64,000 nucleotides of DNA from an uncultured Chloroflexia bacterium (GTDB lineage: Bacteria > Chloroflexota > Limnocylindria > Limnocylindrales > CSP1-4), in the NCBI GenBank assembly GCA_963734895.1, contig CAVTIN010000015.1, forward strand, positions 72,628 through 136,627, given 5' to 3'. The number at the start of each line of letters is the position of its first letter. Positions within the stretch are counted from its first letter, which is position 1. The notes under the pieces were generated by a model. The model did not search any database. It saw only the letters and a program-made list of their open reading frames with translations, and was not told where the DNA came from. The translations under genes were made by a program, and so were the position numbers. This document shows, piece by piece, positions 55,692-64,000 of this stretch.

Positions 55692-56537
55692 GTGCCCGCC
55701 GGTCCGGCGCACGATCCCGCCGGGGCCGCACGCGTCGCGGCCGATCCCGTCGCGGCCGATCCCGGCGCGCTCCCTGACCACGTCGCCGCCAACCGAGCGG
55801 CGTGGGACGGCTACGCGGCCGACTACGTCGCGTCCGGAGAGCGAGCGTGGACCGTCGCGCCGGGCGAGGAGTCGTGGGGCATCTACAGCATCCCGGAGTC
55901 AACGGTGGGGATGCTGCCCGACGACATGACCGGCATGGACGCCATCGAGCTGGGCTGCGGGACCGCGTACGTCTCGGCGTGGATGGCCCGGCGCGGCGCT
56001 CGCGTGGTGGGGATCGACAACTCGCCGCGCCAGCTGGAGACCGCCGTCCGGCTTCAGCGCGAGCACGGCATCGACTTCCCGCTCCTGCTGGGCAACGCGG
56101 AGCGGGTCCCCTACCCTGACGCGTCGTTCGACTTCGCGATCAGCGAGTACGGCGCGGCCCTGTGGGCGGATCCGGTGGCGTGGGTCCCGGAAGCGGCCCG
56201 GCTGCTCCGTCCGGGCGGCCGGCTGGCGTTCCTGACCAACCACGTGGTCGCGTACCTGTGCACCCCGGACCTCGAGGAGGATCCAGTCGGCGAGCAGTTG
56301 CTGCGCCCGATGTTCGGGATGGGCCGGACCGAGTGGCCCGACGGGGACGGCGCGGTCGAGTTCCACCCGAGCCACGGTGACTGGATCCGCCTGCTGACCG
56401 CCAACGGGCTCGAGGTCGAGGACCTCGTCGAGCCGCAGATCCCCGAAGGCGCGACGACCCGCTACGCGTGGATGCCGTACGCGTGGGCGCGGCAGTGGCC
56501 GTGCGAGGAGATCTGGAAGGTGCGCAAGCGCGCCTGA
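55692..56537 (+). CDS. Class I SAM-dependent methyltransferase
   Basis: SAM motif AIELGCGTAYVSAWMARRGARVVGIDNS, then a post-I acidic residue, then LRPGGRLAF. GTG at 55692 lies 2 nt after the upstream stop. Confidence 0.8.
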   Translation: MPAGPAHDPAGAARVAADPVAADPGALPDHVAANRAAWDGYAADYVASGERAWTVAPGEESWGIYSIPESTVGMLPDDMTGMDAIELGCGTAYVSAWMARRGARVVGIDNSPRQLETAVRLQREHGIDFPLLLGNAERVPYPDASFDFAISEYGAALWADPVAWVPEAARLLRPGGRLAFLTNHVVAYLCTPDLEEDPVGEQLLRPMFGMGRTEWPDGDGAVEFHPSHGDWIRLLTANGLEVEDLVEPQIPEGATTRYAWMPYAWARQWPCEEIWKVRKRA

Positions 56538-56715
56538 GCGTGCGCGAGCATGTCGGGGAGCGCCCTGCCGCGCCCTGCCGCGCCCGGGCAGGTGGCGTCC
56601 AACGCGCGTGCCGGATGGTGGAGGTCGATGCGCCGTTCGGACTTGCGCGCGGGTTGACTGATGGCCGACGATGGCGCCTCGCCTGTTCATCCCGCGCGAG
56701 GAGGGTCACCCGGGC

Positions 56716-57720
56716 ATGTCCATCGAGATCCAGTCCGACGCGTCCGCTGCGGCCGCCGGTCCGCCCGGTGAACGCGCGGTCGTCCTTCGCGCGACCGACC
56801 TCCGCAAGCGATACGGCTCGCTGGAGGCTGTTCGAGGCGTCAGCTTCGAGATCCACGAGGGCGAGACGTACGGCCTGCTGGGCCCCAACGGCGCCGGCAA
56901 GACGACCACGATCTCGATCGTGTGCGGTCTCCTCGCGCGCGACGCCGGTGAGGTGACCATCGACGGCGCGCCGATCGACATCGGGAAGGTCGCCGCAAAG
57001 GCGGGCATCGGATACGTGCCCCAGGATCTCGCGATCTACCCCGACCTGTCGGCGAAGGAGAACCTGGAGTTCTTCGGCCGGCTCTACGGGCTGGGTGGCG
57101 CGCGCCTGAAGTCGCGGGTCGCCGAGGTGCTCGAGGTCATCGCGCTCACGGAGCGGGCCAACGATCGGGCCGACAAGTTCTCGGGCGGCATGCAGCGCCG
57201 GCTCAACATCGGAATCGGACTGCTGCACCAGCCCCGGCTGCTCCTGCTCGACGAGCCGACCGTCGGCGTGGACCCGCAGAGCCGGAACGCCATCCTCGAG
57301 AGCGTCGCCGAGCTCGGCCGGTCCGGGATGGCGATCCTGTATACGACCCACTACATGGAAGAGGCAGAGCGGCTGTGCGACCGGGTCGGGATCATCGACC
57401 TGGGTGAGATCCGCGCCGAGGGCACCCGGCGCGAGCTGGTGGAACTGATCGGGCAGGAGGACCAGGTTCGCCTGACCGCGACCGGGGACCTGGCCCGAGC
57501 GTCCGAGGTGGCCGCAACGGTCGATGGGGTGGTCGGCGCTGCCCACAAGGACGGCGTGATCGAGGTCCTGGTGACCGATGCCCGCGCGCTGCTGCCGGCG
57601 CTGCTTGCGGCGGTGAGCGCCGCCGGCGCCACGATCAAGGGGGTCGAGGTCGTGGAGCCGGATCTCGAGGCGGTGTTCCTCCACCTCACCGGCAAGGCGC
57701 TCCGGGACGCCGGGGGCTGA
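56716..57720 (+). CDS. ABC transporter ATP-binding protein (ABC-2 / DrrA-like)
   Basis: GAGGAGGG lies 10 nt before ATG at 56716. Walker A GPNGAGKTT, signature FSGGMQRR, Walker B LLLLDEPT. Confidence 0.9.
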   Translation: MSIEIQSDASAAAAGPPGERAVVLRATDLRKRYGSLEAVRGVSFEIHEGETYGLLGPNGAGKTTTISIVCGLLARDAGEVTIDGAPIDIGKVAAKAGIGYVPQDLAIYPDLSAKENLEFFGRLYGLGGARLKSRVAEVLEVIALTERANDRADKFSGGMQRRLNIGIGLLHQPRLLLLDEPTVGVDPQSRNAILESVAELGRSGMAILYTTHYMEEAERLCDRVGIIDLGEIRAEGTRRELVELIGQEDQVRLTATGDLARASEVAATVDGVVGAAHKDGVIEVLVTDARALLPALLAAVSAAGATIKGVEVVEPDLEAVFLHLTGKALRDAGG

Positions 57721-57722
57721 CG

Positions 57723-58901
57723 ATGCGAACCGCGATCCTCATCGCGGCGAAGGACCTCCGCCAGCGGTTCCGCGATCGCTCGGTGATCCTGTTCGCCGTG
57801 GTTGCCCCGCTGGGCCTGGCGTTGATCTTCAGCCAGATGCTCGCGGGCGTGACCGAGTTCAAGGCCGCGTACGTCGTGGCGGACATGGACGGCGGGGCGC
57901 TGTCGCAGTCGTTCCGCAACGACGTCCTGGGATCGCTCGTTGTCGCCGGCGTGGCGACGATCGATGACGTCGCCACGCCGGAGGTGGCGAAGGCGAGCGT
58001 CGAAGCAGGGGATGCCGACGCCGCGATCGTCATCCCGGTCGGCTTCAGCACCGCGATCCTCAGCGGCCAGCGATCGTCGATCGAGGTCGTCGGCGGGCAG
58101 GACGCCGGGCTGGCGACCGAGATCGCTCGGTCGGTCTCGACCCGCTTCGCCGACGGGATCGCCTCGACCCAGCTGGCGATCCTCACGGTCGGTGACCTGC
58201 AGGGTGCACCACCGGATCCCGCCGGCGTCGCGGCGATCGTCGCGGCGACACAGGTGCCGTCGCTCCAGCTGGTCGAGGTCCAGACGAGCCTCCGCCAGCT
58301 GAGCCAGACCACGTACTTCTCGGCCGGCATGGCCATCCTGTTCCTGTTCTTCGCGGCCCAGGTCGGCGCGGTGAGCATGTTCGAGGAGCGGCGGCTGGGC
58401 ACGCTGGGCCGGATGCTCGCGGGCCCGATCGCGCCGACCACGATCCTCGCCGGCAAGACGCTGGGCAGCTTCCTCATCGGCATCGTGGCCCTGACGATCC
58501 TCGCCGTCGCGACGACGGTGCTCGTCGGCGCCGACTGGGGTCCGCCGGTCGGCGTGGCGGTGATCATCGTCGCGGCGGTCATCTCGGCGATCGGGATCAG
58601 CACGCTGGTGACCTCGTTCATGAAGACGCAGGACAGCGCCGGCGCGGCGAACTCGGCGGTCGCGATCACGCTGGGCATCCTCGGTGGGACGTTCTTCCCG
58701 TCCTCGCAGGCGCCGGAGCTGATGGCCCAGCTGTCGCTGGTCACGCCGCACGCGTGGTTCCTGCGCGGCCTCGGCGAGATGCACGGTGCGGGGGCATCCG
58801 CCGCCGACGCGCTGCCGTCGATCGCGGTCCTGCTCGCCATGGGGCTGGTCACCGGCGCGATCGGGTTCGCGCGGGCCCGGCGGATGGTGACGGCACGATG
58901 A
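57723..58901 (+). CDS. ABC-2 type transporter permease
   Basis: An N-terminal TM segment, a large extracytoplasmic loop, then a C-terminal 5-TM bundle. It directly follows the ATPase gene. Confidence 0.85.
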   Translation: MRTAILIAAKDLRQRFRDRSVILFAVVAPLGLALIFSQMLAGVTEFKAAYVVADMDGGALSQSFRNDVLGSLVVAGVATIDDVATPEVAKASVEAGDADAAIVIPVGFSTAILSGQRSSIEVVGGQDAGLATEIARSVSTRFADGIASTQLAILTVGDLQGAPPDPAGVAAIVAATQVPSLQLVEVQTSLRQLSQTTYFSAGMAILFLFFAAQVGAVSMFEERRLGTLGRMLAGPIAPTTILAGKTLGSFLIGIVALTILAVATTVLVGADWGPPVGVAVIIVAAVISAIGISTLVTSFMKTQDSAGAANSAVAITLGILGGTFFPSSQAPELMAQLSLVTPHAWFLRGLGEMHGAGASAADALPSIAVLLAMGLVTGAIGFARARRMVTAR

Positions 58902-60073
58902 GCGGCCTGACGAAGGCGATCGAGATCGGTCGGATCAACCTCCTGCGCCAGGTCCGGGACCGCGGCGACCTGTTCTTCGTGTTCGTGCTGCCCGTGATCA
59001 TCATCGTCGCCCTGGGGCTGCAGTTCGGCGGGATCAGCACGGCCCGGCTGGGTGTCGTGTCGCCGTCCGGCGACGCCGCCGCAGCCGCGCTGGTGACGGC
59101 CCTGCGCGATGCCGATGTCGAGTTCGAGATCCGCGAGGTGGCCGACGAAGCGTCGCTCCGGGCGGCCGTCGAGACCGGCAGCGTCGATGCGGGTGTGGTG
59201 ATCCCCGACGGGTACGGCGCTGCGCTCGCGGGTACCGGCGTGGTCGAGGTGCGCTACCTGGGCACGCCCGAGAACGTGACCGCGGGCCTCCGGGCTCCCG
59301 TGGAGGCCGCCGTCGCGAACCAGGCGATGGAGGTCGGCGCGGCCCGGGCAGCGGTGAGCGTCGGTGCCGGGACGTACACAGCGGCTGCGGCTGCGGCCGA
59401 CCGCCTCGGGGGCGACGTCGCCGGCGTGACGGTGACCGCAACGCAGGTCGGCGAGCCGGGACCGTTCGCGGGGTTCGGCCAGTTCACGTTCGGCGCCCAG
59501 GGCCAGCTGATCCTGTTCATGTTCCTGACGTCGATGACCGCCGCGGGTCGCCTCGTGCTGACCCGCAAGCTGGGCGTCTCGCGTCGGATGGTGTCGACGC
59601 CCACCTCGATCCCGACCATCGTCGCGGGAGAGGCACTGGGACGCATCGGCGTTGCGCTGCTCCAGGGCGTGTTCATCATCCTGCTCACGGCGCTGGTGTT
59701 CAACGTGAGCTGGGGCGATCCGATCGCGGCCGGGGCGATCGTCCTGTCGTTCGCGCTCGTGGGCGCCGGCGTGGCGCTGCTGATCGGCGCGATCGCCACC
59801 AACGCGGACCAGGCCTCGTCGCTTGGCGTGTTCGCCGGCCTTGCGCTCGGGGCGCTGGGCGGGGCGATGGTCCCGCTGGCCTTCATGCCCGAGAGCATGC
59901 GCACGCTCGCGAACGTCATCCCGCACAGCTGGGCGATCCGGGGGCTCCAGTCGCTCGTGCAGGACGGCGGCGGACTGGCATCCGTGGCGCCCGACGTGGC
60001 GGTGCTGCTGGGATACGGGATCGTGCTGATGGCGCTGGCGAGCTGGCGCTTCCGGAAGGCGATCGCCGGATAG
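58898..60073 (+). CDS. ABC-2 type transporter permease (second subunit)
   Basis: ATGA overlap with the preceding permease gene. Same architecture as 57723-58901. Confidence 0.85.
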   Translation: MSGLTKAIEIGRINLLRQVRDRGDLFFVFVLPVIIIVALGLQFGGISTARLGVVSPSGDAAAAALVTALRDADVEFEIREVADEASLRAAVETGSVDAGVVIPDGYGAALAGTGVVEVRYLGTPENVTAGLRAPVEAAVANQAMEVGAARAAVSVGAGTYTAAAAAADRLGGDVAGVTVTATQVGEPGPFAGFGQFTFGAQGQLILFMFLTSMTAAGRLVLTRKLGVSRRMVSTPTSIPTIVAGEALGRIGVALLQGVFIILLTALVFNVSWGDPIAAGAIVLSFALVGAGVALLIGAIATNADQASSLGVFAGLALGALGGAMVPLAFMPESMRTLANVIPHSWAIRGLQSLVQDGGGLASVAPDVAVLLGYGIVLMALASWRFRKAIAG

Positions 60074-60400
60074 GTCCGAACCCCTGCATGGCAGGCGCTC
60101 GCCGACTCCCCCGCCACATACCGCGGGTCGCGGTGCAATCGCCGCGGATCGACGAATCTGCTGTCAGCCACCGCGATCGGCGGTGGTAGTCCGGGTTTGA
60201 CACCGAATCCGCGTTCTCGCGGCGGGCGAACCTCGTGAGCCGAGCGCGGAATCGGCCGCGGGGGCGGCCAACCAGCAGCGCAGTTGTGGCAGGACCATGA
60301 CTACCACCGGCTCCGGCGGTGCCTGACAGGTCCTCCGGCGCTACCACCGCACCTCGCGGTGCGCGGCAGGAGCCGAAGGCCAGGCGGTGGGCGTCAGGAG

Positions 60401-60440
60401 CCCGGGCGGGACCGCGCTCCCGGGCGGCAGGACCGCGCTC
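60401..60440. repeat. Imperfect tandem duplication of about 20 bp
   Basis: CCGGGCGG-GACCGCGCTCC followed by CGGGCGGCAGGACCGCGCTCC. Confidence 0.8.
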
Positions 60441-60521
60441 CCCGCCGCCGCCCCGCTGGACAGCCGGCCGTCGCGTGGATATGCTTCACGCCGTGTTGAA
60501 CATCTACCTGACGTTGAGCGC

Positions 60522-61013
60522 ATGACCGAGACGTCGTCCCTCACCCGCTCAGAGCTCCTGGGCGAGGTCGTCGGTGAGCTCTCGTCGCATACCCCGTCCT
60601 CGATGATGCGCTACATGCGCCGCTGGCCGGCCGGGCCGCTGAGCCTGGTCCACCTGCACGTGCTCGCCGTGCTCGACGTCGACGGCGCGATCCCGATGCG
60701 CACGCTGGCCGAGTCGCTCGACGTCTCGCAGGCCAGCGCGACCGGGATCGTCGACCGGATGGAGCAACGCGACCTCGTCGAACGCCGGCGAGACGACGAG
60801 GACCGGCGCGTCATCCGGGTTGCCCTCACCGAGACCGGCCGGCAGATGATCGAGGGCCTCGCAACCGAGCGCCGGGAGCGACTCGCGAAGGTCCTCGACG
60901 AGCTCACGGACGACGAGCTGCGAGGCTTCCTGCGCGGCTCACGCGCGCTCAACCGCGCTCGCGAACGACTCCATGCCACCCTCCCCCACCCCCCCGCCGA
61001 GGCGCATCGATGA
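60522..61013 (+). CDS. MarR family transcriptional regulator
   Basis: LSLVHLHVLAVLDVDGAIPMRTLAESLDVSQASATGIVDRMEQRDLVERRRDDEDRRVIRVALTETG is the MarR wHTH and wing. Confidence 0.85.
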   Translation: MTETSSLTRSELLGEVVGELSSHTPSSMMRYMRRWPAGPLSLVHLHVLAVLDVDGAIPMRTLAESLDVSQASATGIVDRMEQRDLVERRRDDEDRRVIRVALTETGRQMIEGLATERRERLAKVLDELTDDELRGFLRGSRALNRARERLHATLPHPPAEAHR

Positions 61014-61058
61014 TCGGACTCCTGCGCACGTACCTGGCCCCGTACCGGCTGGCCGATC

Positions 61059-62738
61059 GTGCTCGTCCTGGCGCTCCTGCTCGTGCAGGCGATCGCCAAC
61101 CTGTACCTCCCTGAGCTCAACGCCGACATCATCAACAACGGCGTGGTCAAGGGGGACACCGACTACATCCTGCGGACCGGCGGGTTCATGCTGGTCGTGA
61201 CCTTCGCGCTGAGCATCGCCGCCGTCATCGGCGTGTTCTTCGGCGCCCGCACGGCGATGGCCTTCGGCCGCGACGTGCGCAGCGCGTTGTTCCGCAAGGT
61301 CCAGACCTTCAGCCAGGTGGAGGTCAACCAGTTCGGCGCCCCCAGCCTGATCACCCGCAACACGAACGACGTCCAGCAGATCCAGATGGTCGTGCTGATG
61401 GGGCTCAACCTGATCATCTCGGCGCCGATCATGGTCGTCGGCGGCGTGATCATGGCGCTCCGCCAGGACGTCCCGCTGTCCGGGTTGCTGCTGGTCGTCC
61501 TGCCGATCATGGCCGCCCTGATCGGGTTCGTGATGACCCGCGCCGTGCCGCTGTTCCAGGCGATGCAGCGCAAGCTCGACCGGATCAACCTGGTGATGCG
61601 CGAGACGCTGGCCGGCGTGCGCGTGATCCGGGCGTTCGTCCGGACGCGCCACGAGGAGAAGCGGTTCGACGACGCGAACCAGGACCTGATGGTGACCGCG
61701 CTGACCGTCAACCGGCTGTTCGCGATCACGATCCCGAGCCTGATGGCGATCATGAACCTGACCACGGTCGCGGTCCTGTTCTTCGGCGCCTACCGCGTCG
61801 ACAGCGGGGGCATGCCGATCGGCAACCTGACGGCGTTCCTCCAGTACATCATGCAGGTCCTGTTCTCGGTGATGACCGCGGTGATCATGTTCGTCATGGT
61901 CCCCCGCGCGGCGGTCTCCGCCGGCCGCGTGCGCGAGGTCCTCGACACGGAGCCGGCGATCATCGATCCACCGACGCCGATCTCCCCGCCGCGGGGCGGC
62001 GTGGTCGAGTTCCGGAACGTGGAGTTCCGGTATCCCGGCGCCGAGGAGCCGGTGCTCGGCGGGATCTCGTTCGTGGCGCGGCCCGGGGAGACCACCGCCA
62101 TCGTCGGTTCGACGGGCAGTGGCAAGTCCACCCTGATCAACCTGATCCCGCGTTTCTACGACGTGACCGGCGGCGTCGTCCTGGTCGATGGCGTCGACGT
62201 CCGTGACATGGACCGGTCCGACCTGTGGAAGCGGATCGGGATGATCCCCCAGCGCGCGTTCCTGTTTGGAGGGACCGTCGCGACCAACCTCCGATGGGGC
62301 GACGAGAACGCCACCGACGAAGCCCTGTGGCGCGCCCTCGAGATCGCGCAGGGCCGCGACTTCGTGACCGAGATGCCCGACCAGCTCGAGGCGCCGATCG
62401 CGCAGGGCGGCACCAACGTCTCGGGCGGTCAGCGACAACGACTTGCGATCGCGCGGGCGCTGGCCCACAAGCCCGACATCTACGTGTTCGACGACAGCTT
62501 CTCCGCTCTCGACTTCCGCACCGACGCGCGGCTGCGGGCCGCGATCGCGCGCGACCTGGCCGGAGCGACCGTGATCATCGTGGCCCAGCGCGTGGGAACG
62601 ATCCTCCACGCCGATCAGATCGTGGTGCTCGAGGCCGGCGGGATCGCGGGCATCGGCACCCACGACCAGCTGATGCGGACCTGTGAGACCTATCGCGAGA
62701 TCGTGCTGTCCCAGGTCACCGAGGAGGAGGTCGCATGA
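61059..62738 (+). CDS. ABC exporter, fused permease/ATPase subunit 1 (5' end apparently frame-broken)
   Basis: Six TM segments, then Walker A GSTGSGKST, signature VSGGQRQR, Walker B IYVFDDSFS. GTG at 61059 is the first start in this frame. See the finding on the ATG at 61010. Confidence 0.85.
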   Translation: MLVLALLLVQAIANLYLPELNADIINNGVVKGDTDYILRTGGFMLVVTFALSIAAVIGVFFGARTAMAFGRDVRSALFRKVQTFSQVEVNQFGAPSLITRNTNDVQQIQMVVLMGLNLIISAPIMVVGGVIMALRQDVPLSGLLLVVLPIMAALIGFVMTRAVPLFQAMQRKLDRINLVMRETLAGVRVIRAFVRTRHEEKRFDDANQDLMVTALTVNRLFAITIPSLMAIMNLTTVAVLFFGAYRVDSGGMPIGNLTAFLQYIMQVLFSVMTAVIMFVMVPRAAVSAGRVREVLDTEPAIIDPPTPISPPRGGVVEFRNVEFRYPGAEEPVLGGISFVARPGETTAIVGSTGSGKSTLINLIPRFYDVTGGVVLVDGVDVRDMDRSDLWKRIGMIPQRAFLFGGTVATNLRWGDENATDEALWRALEIAQGRDFVTEMPDQLEAPIAQGGTNVSGGQRQRLAIARALAHKPDIYVFDDSFSALDFRTDARLRAAIARDLAGATVIIVAQRVGTILHADQIVVLEAGGIAGIGTHDQLMRTCETYREIVLSQVTEEEVA

Positions 62739-64000
62739 GCGGGCCGATGGGCCGGCCGGGCGGCGGCGGTGCCGGTGGGTCCGGCGGTCACGGAGCCGGG
62801 GGCGGGACGTTCGGCGGCGGTGGGCGGCCACCCGGGCGGCGTCCGATGGGACCGGGCGGCGGTCCGGGCCACATGTTCATGCAGATGCCGGCGGCCAAGT
62901 CGAAGGACTTCAAGGGCTCGTTCCGGCGCCTGCTGGGCGAGCTCCGGCCCGAGCGCCTGCTGATCGGCGTCGTCATGGCCCTGGGCCTGGTCAGCGTCAC
63001 CCTCGTGATCCTCGGCCCGCGGCTGCTGGGCAACGCCACCAACGTCCTGTTCGAGGGCGTCATCGGCAAGATGCTGGGTGAGCAGGGCCTGACCGGGGTT
63101 CCGGTGCCCCAGATCGTGTCCGGGTTGCGCGCACAGGGACAGGGCAACCTCGCCGACATGCTCGCCAGCATGGGCAACGTCGTGCCCGGGGTCGGGGTCG
63201 ACTTCGGACAGCTGACCATGATCCTCGCGATCGTGGCGGGCATCTACCTGCTGAGCTCGGTGTTCAGCTGGGGACAGGCGTACATCATGGCCGGCGTCAC
63301 CCAGCGCACCGTCTACCGGCTGCGACGGCGCGTCGACGAGAAGCTCGGCCGCCTGCCGCTCGCCTACTTCGACCGCGAGTCGCGGGGCGACATCCTGTCG
63401 CGCGTGACCAACGACATCGACAACATCAGCCAGACCCTCCAGCAGAGCCTGACCCAGCTCATCACGTCGGTCCTGACCGTGATCGGCGTGCTGATCATGA
63501 TGCTGACCATCAGCCCGCTGCTGGCCGTGATCTCGCTCCTCGCCGTGCCCGCCTCGCTCGTGGTCACCGTGCTCATCGCGAGCCGGTCGCAGAAGCAGTT
63601 CGCCGCCCAGTGGGAGCAGACCGGGTTGCTCAACGGCCACGTCGAGGAGATGCACACCGGGCACGCGATCGTGAAGCTGTTCGGGCGCCAGGAGGAGGCG
63701 ATCGACGAGTTCGACCGCCGCAACGAGGCGCTCTACCAGGCCAGCTTCAAGGCCCAGTTCATCTCCGGGATGATCCAGCCCGCGATGACGTTCATCTCCA
63801 ACCTCAACTACGTCGCGATCGCGGTCATCGGCGGCGTGCGCGTGGCGAGCGGCCAGATGAGCCTCGGCGACGTCCAGGCGTTCATCCAGTACTCGCGCCA
63901 GTTCACGATGCCGATCATCCAGGCGGCGAGCATCGTCAACGTGCTCCAGAGCGCCGTCGCCTCGGCCGAGCGGGTGTTCGAGCTGCTCGACGAGGCCGAG
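62735..64000 (+). CDS. ABC exporter, fused permease/ATPase subunit 2 (3' end outside window)
   Basis: ATGA overlap with subunit 1. It is not in the ORF track because no stop lies in the window. A Gly-rich N-terminus is followed by the typical TM domain (FDRESRGDILSRVTNDIDNISQ..., GDVQAFIQYSRQF). The frame is open to position 64000. Confidence 0.9.
   Translation, partial: MSGPMGRPGGGGAGGSGGHGAGGGTFGGGGRPPGRRPMGPGGGPGHMFMQMPAAKSKDFKGSFRRLLGELRPERLLIGVVMALGLVSVTLVILGPRLLGNATNVLFEGVIGKMLGEQGLTGVPVPQIVSGLRAQGQGNLADMLASMGNVVPGVGVDFGQLTMILAIVAGIYLLSSVFSWGQAYIMAGVTQRTVYRLRRRVDEKLGRLPLAYFDRESRGDILSRVTNDIDNISQTLQQSLTQLITSVLTVIGVLIMMLTISPLLAVISLLAVPASLVVTVLIASRSQKQFAAQWEQTGLLNGHVEEMHTGHAIVKLFGRQEEAIDEFDRRNEALYQASFKAQFISGMIQPAMTFISNLNYVAIAVIGGVRVASGQMSLGDVQAFIQYSRQFTMPIIQAASIVNVLQSAVASAERVFELLDEAE

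Noticed and set aside
57686-62831. Long minus-strand ORFs (746 aa at 57686..59926 and 630 aa at 60939..62831) opposite the ABC-2 and ABC exporter genes
   Set aside because: Same reasoning. They are antisense to well-supported transporter genes, and their Arg/His/Asp-rich composition is typical of non-coding frames in high-GC DNA.

Overview
This is a very GC-rich bacterial chromosomal segment. By eye it is about 70% G+C; I did not compute this. The gene content looks like Actinomycetota or a related high-GC lineage: an F420-type LLM oxidoreductase, DinB-type domains, a GT87-like membrane protein, a mycoredoxin-like glutaredoxin, and several leaderless-looking promoters. The taxon cannot be resolved from the sequence alone.

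I support about 65 protein-coding genes and one tRNA-Asn(GTT). I recognised no rRNA, CRISPR array, transposase or integrase.

Most of the window is ordinary housekeeping and accessory metabolism:
- zwf and the dnaG-rpoD pair.
- A CUT2-type sugar ABC transporter, a chromate transporter, and a TrkA-like/CPA2 cation module.
- An arsR/arsM arsenic module and an AspC-type aminotransferase.
- A nucleotide-sugar dehydrogenase.
- An ABC-2 exporter and a MarR-linked heterodimeric ABC exporter that runs off the right edge.
- Many one-component regulators (Crp/Fnr, HxlR, AraC, two MarR, TetR, ArsR, XRE), several with clear palindromic operator candidates.

The most accessory-looking stretch is 17.4-21.3 kb. 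It packs three toxin-type modules directly downstream of tRNA-Asn: vapBC, a class II Fic gene with a leaderless promoter, and abiEi/abiEii. No integrase or att repeat is visible there.

Other points worth a second look:
- An in-frame TGA that cuts off a family-like C-terminus of AbiEii.
- A 1-nt frame break at the 5' end of the first MarR-linked ABC exporter gene.
- A double TTGACA-containing palindrome upstream of dnaG-rpoD.
- A principal sigma factor with an insert of about 180 aa between regions 1.2 and 2.1.
- Five loci of perfect or near-perfect short tandem repeats, all in intergenic DNA.
- A 576-bp gene-free region with a long-range stem.

I did not find a clearly novel multi-gene system. 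The candidates below are hypotheses ranked honestly.

All start codons were chosen by eye from ribosome-binding-site (RBS) spacing and homologue N-termini, and several are uncertain.
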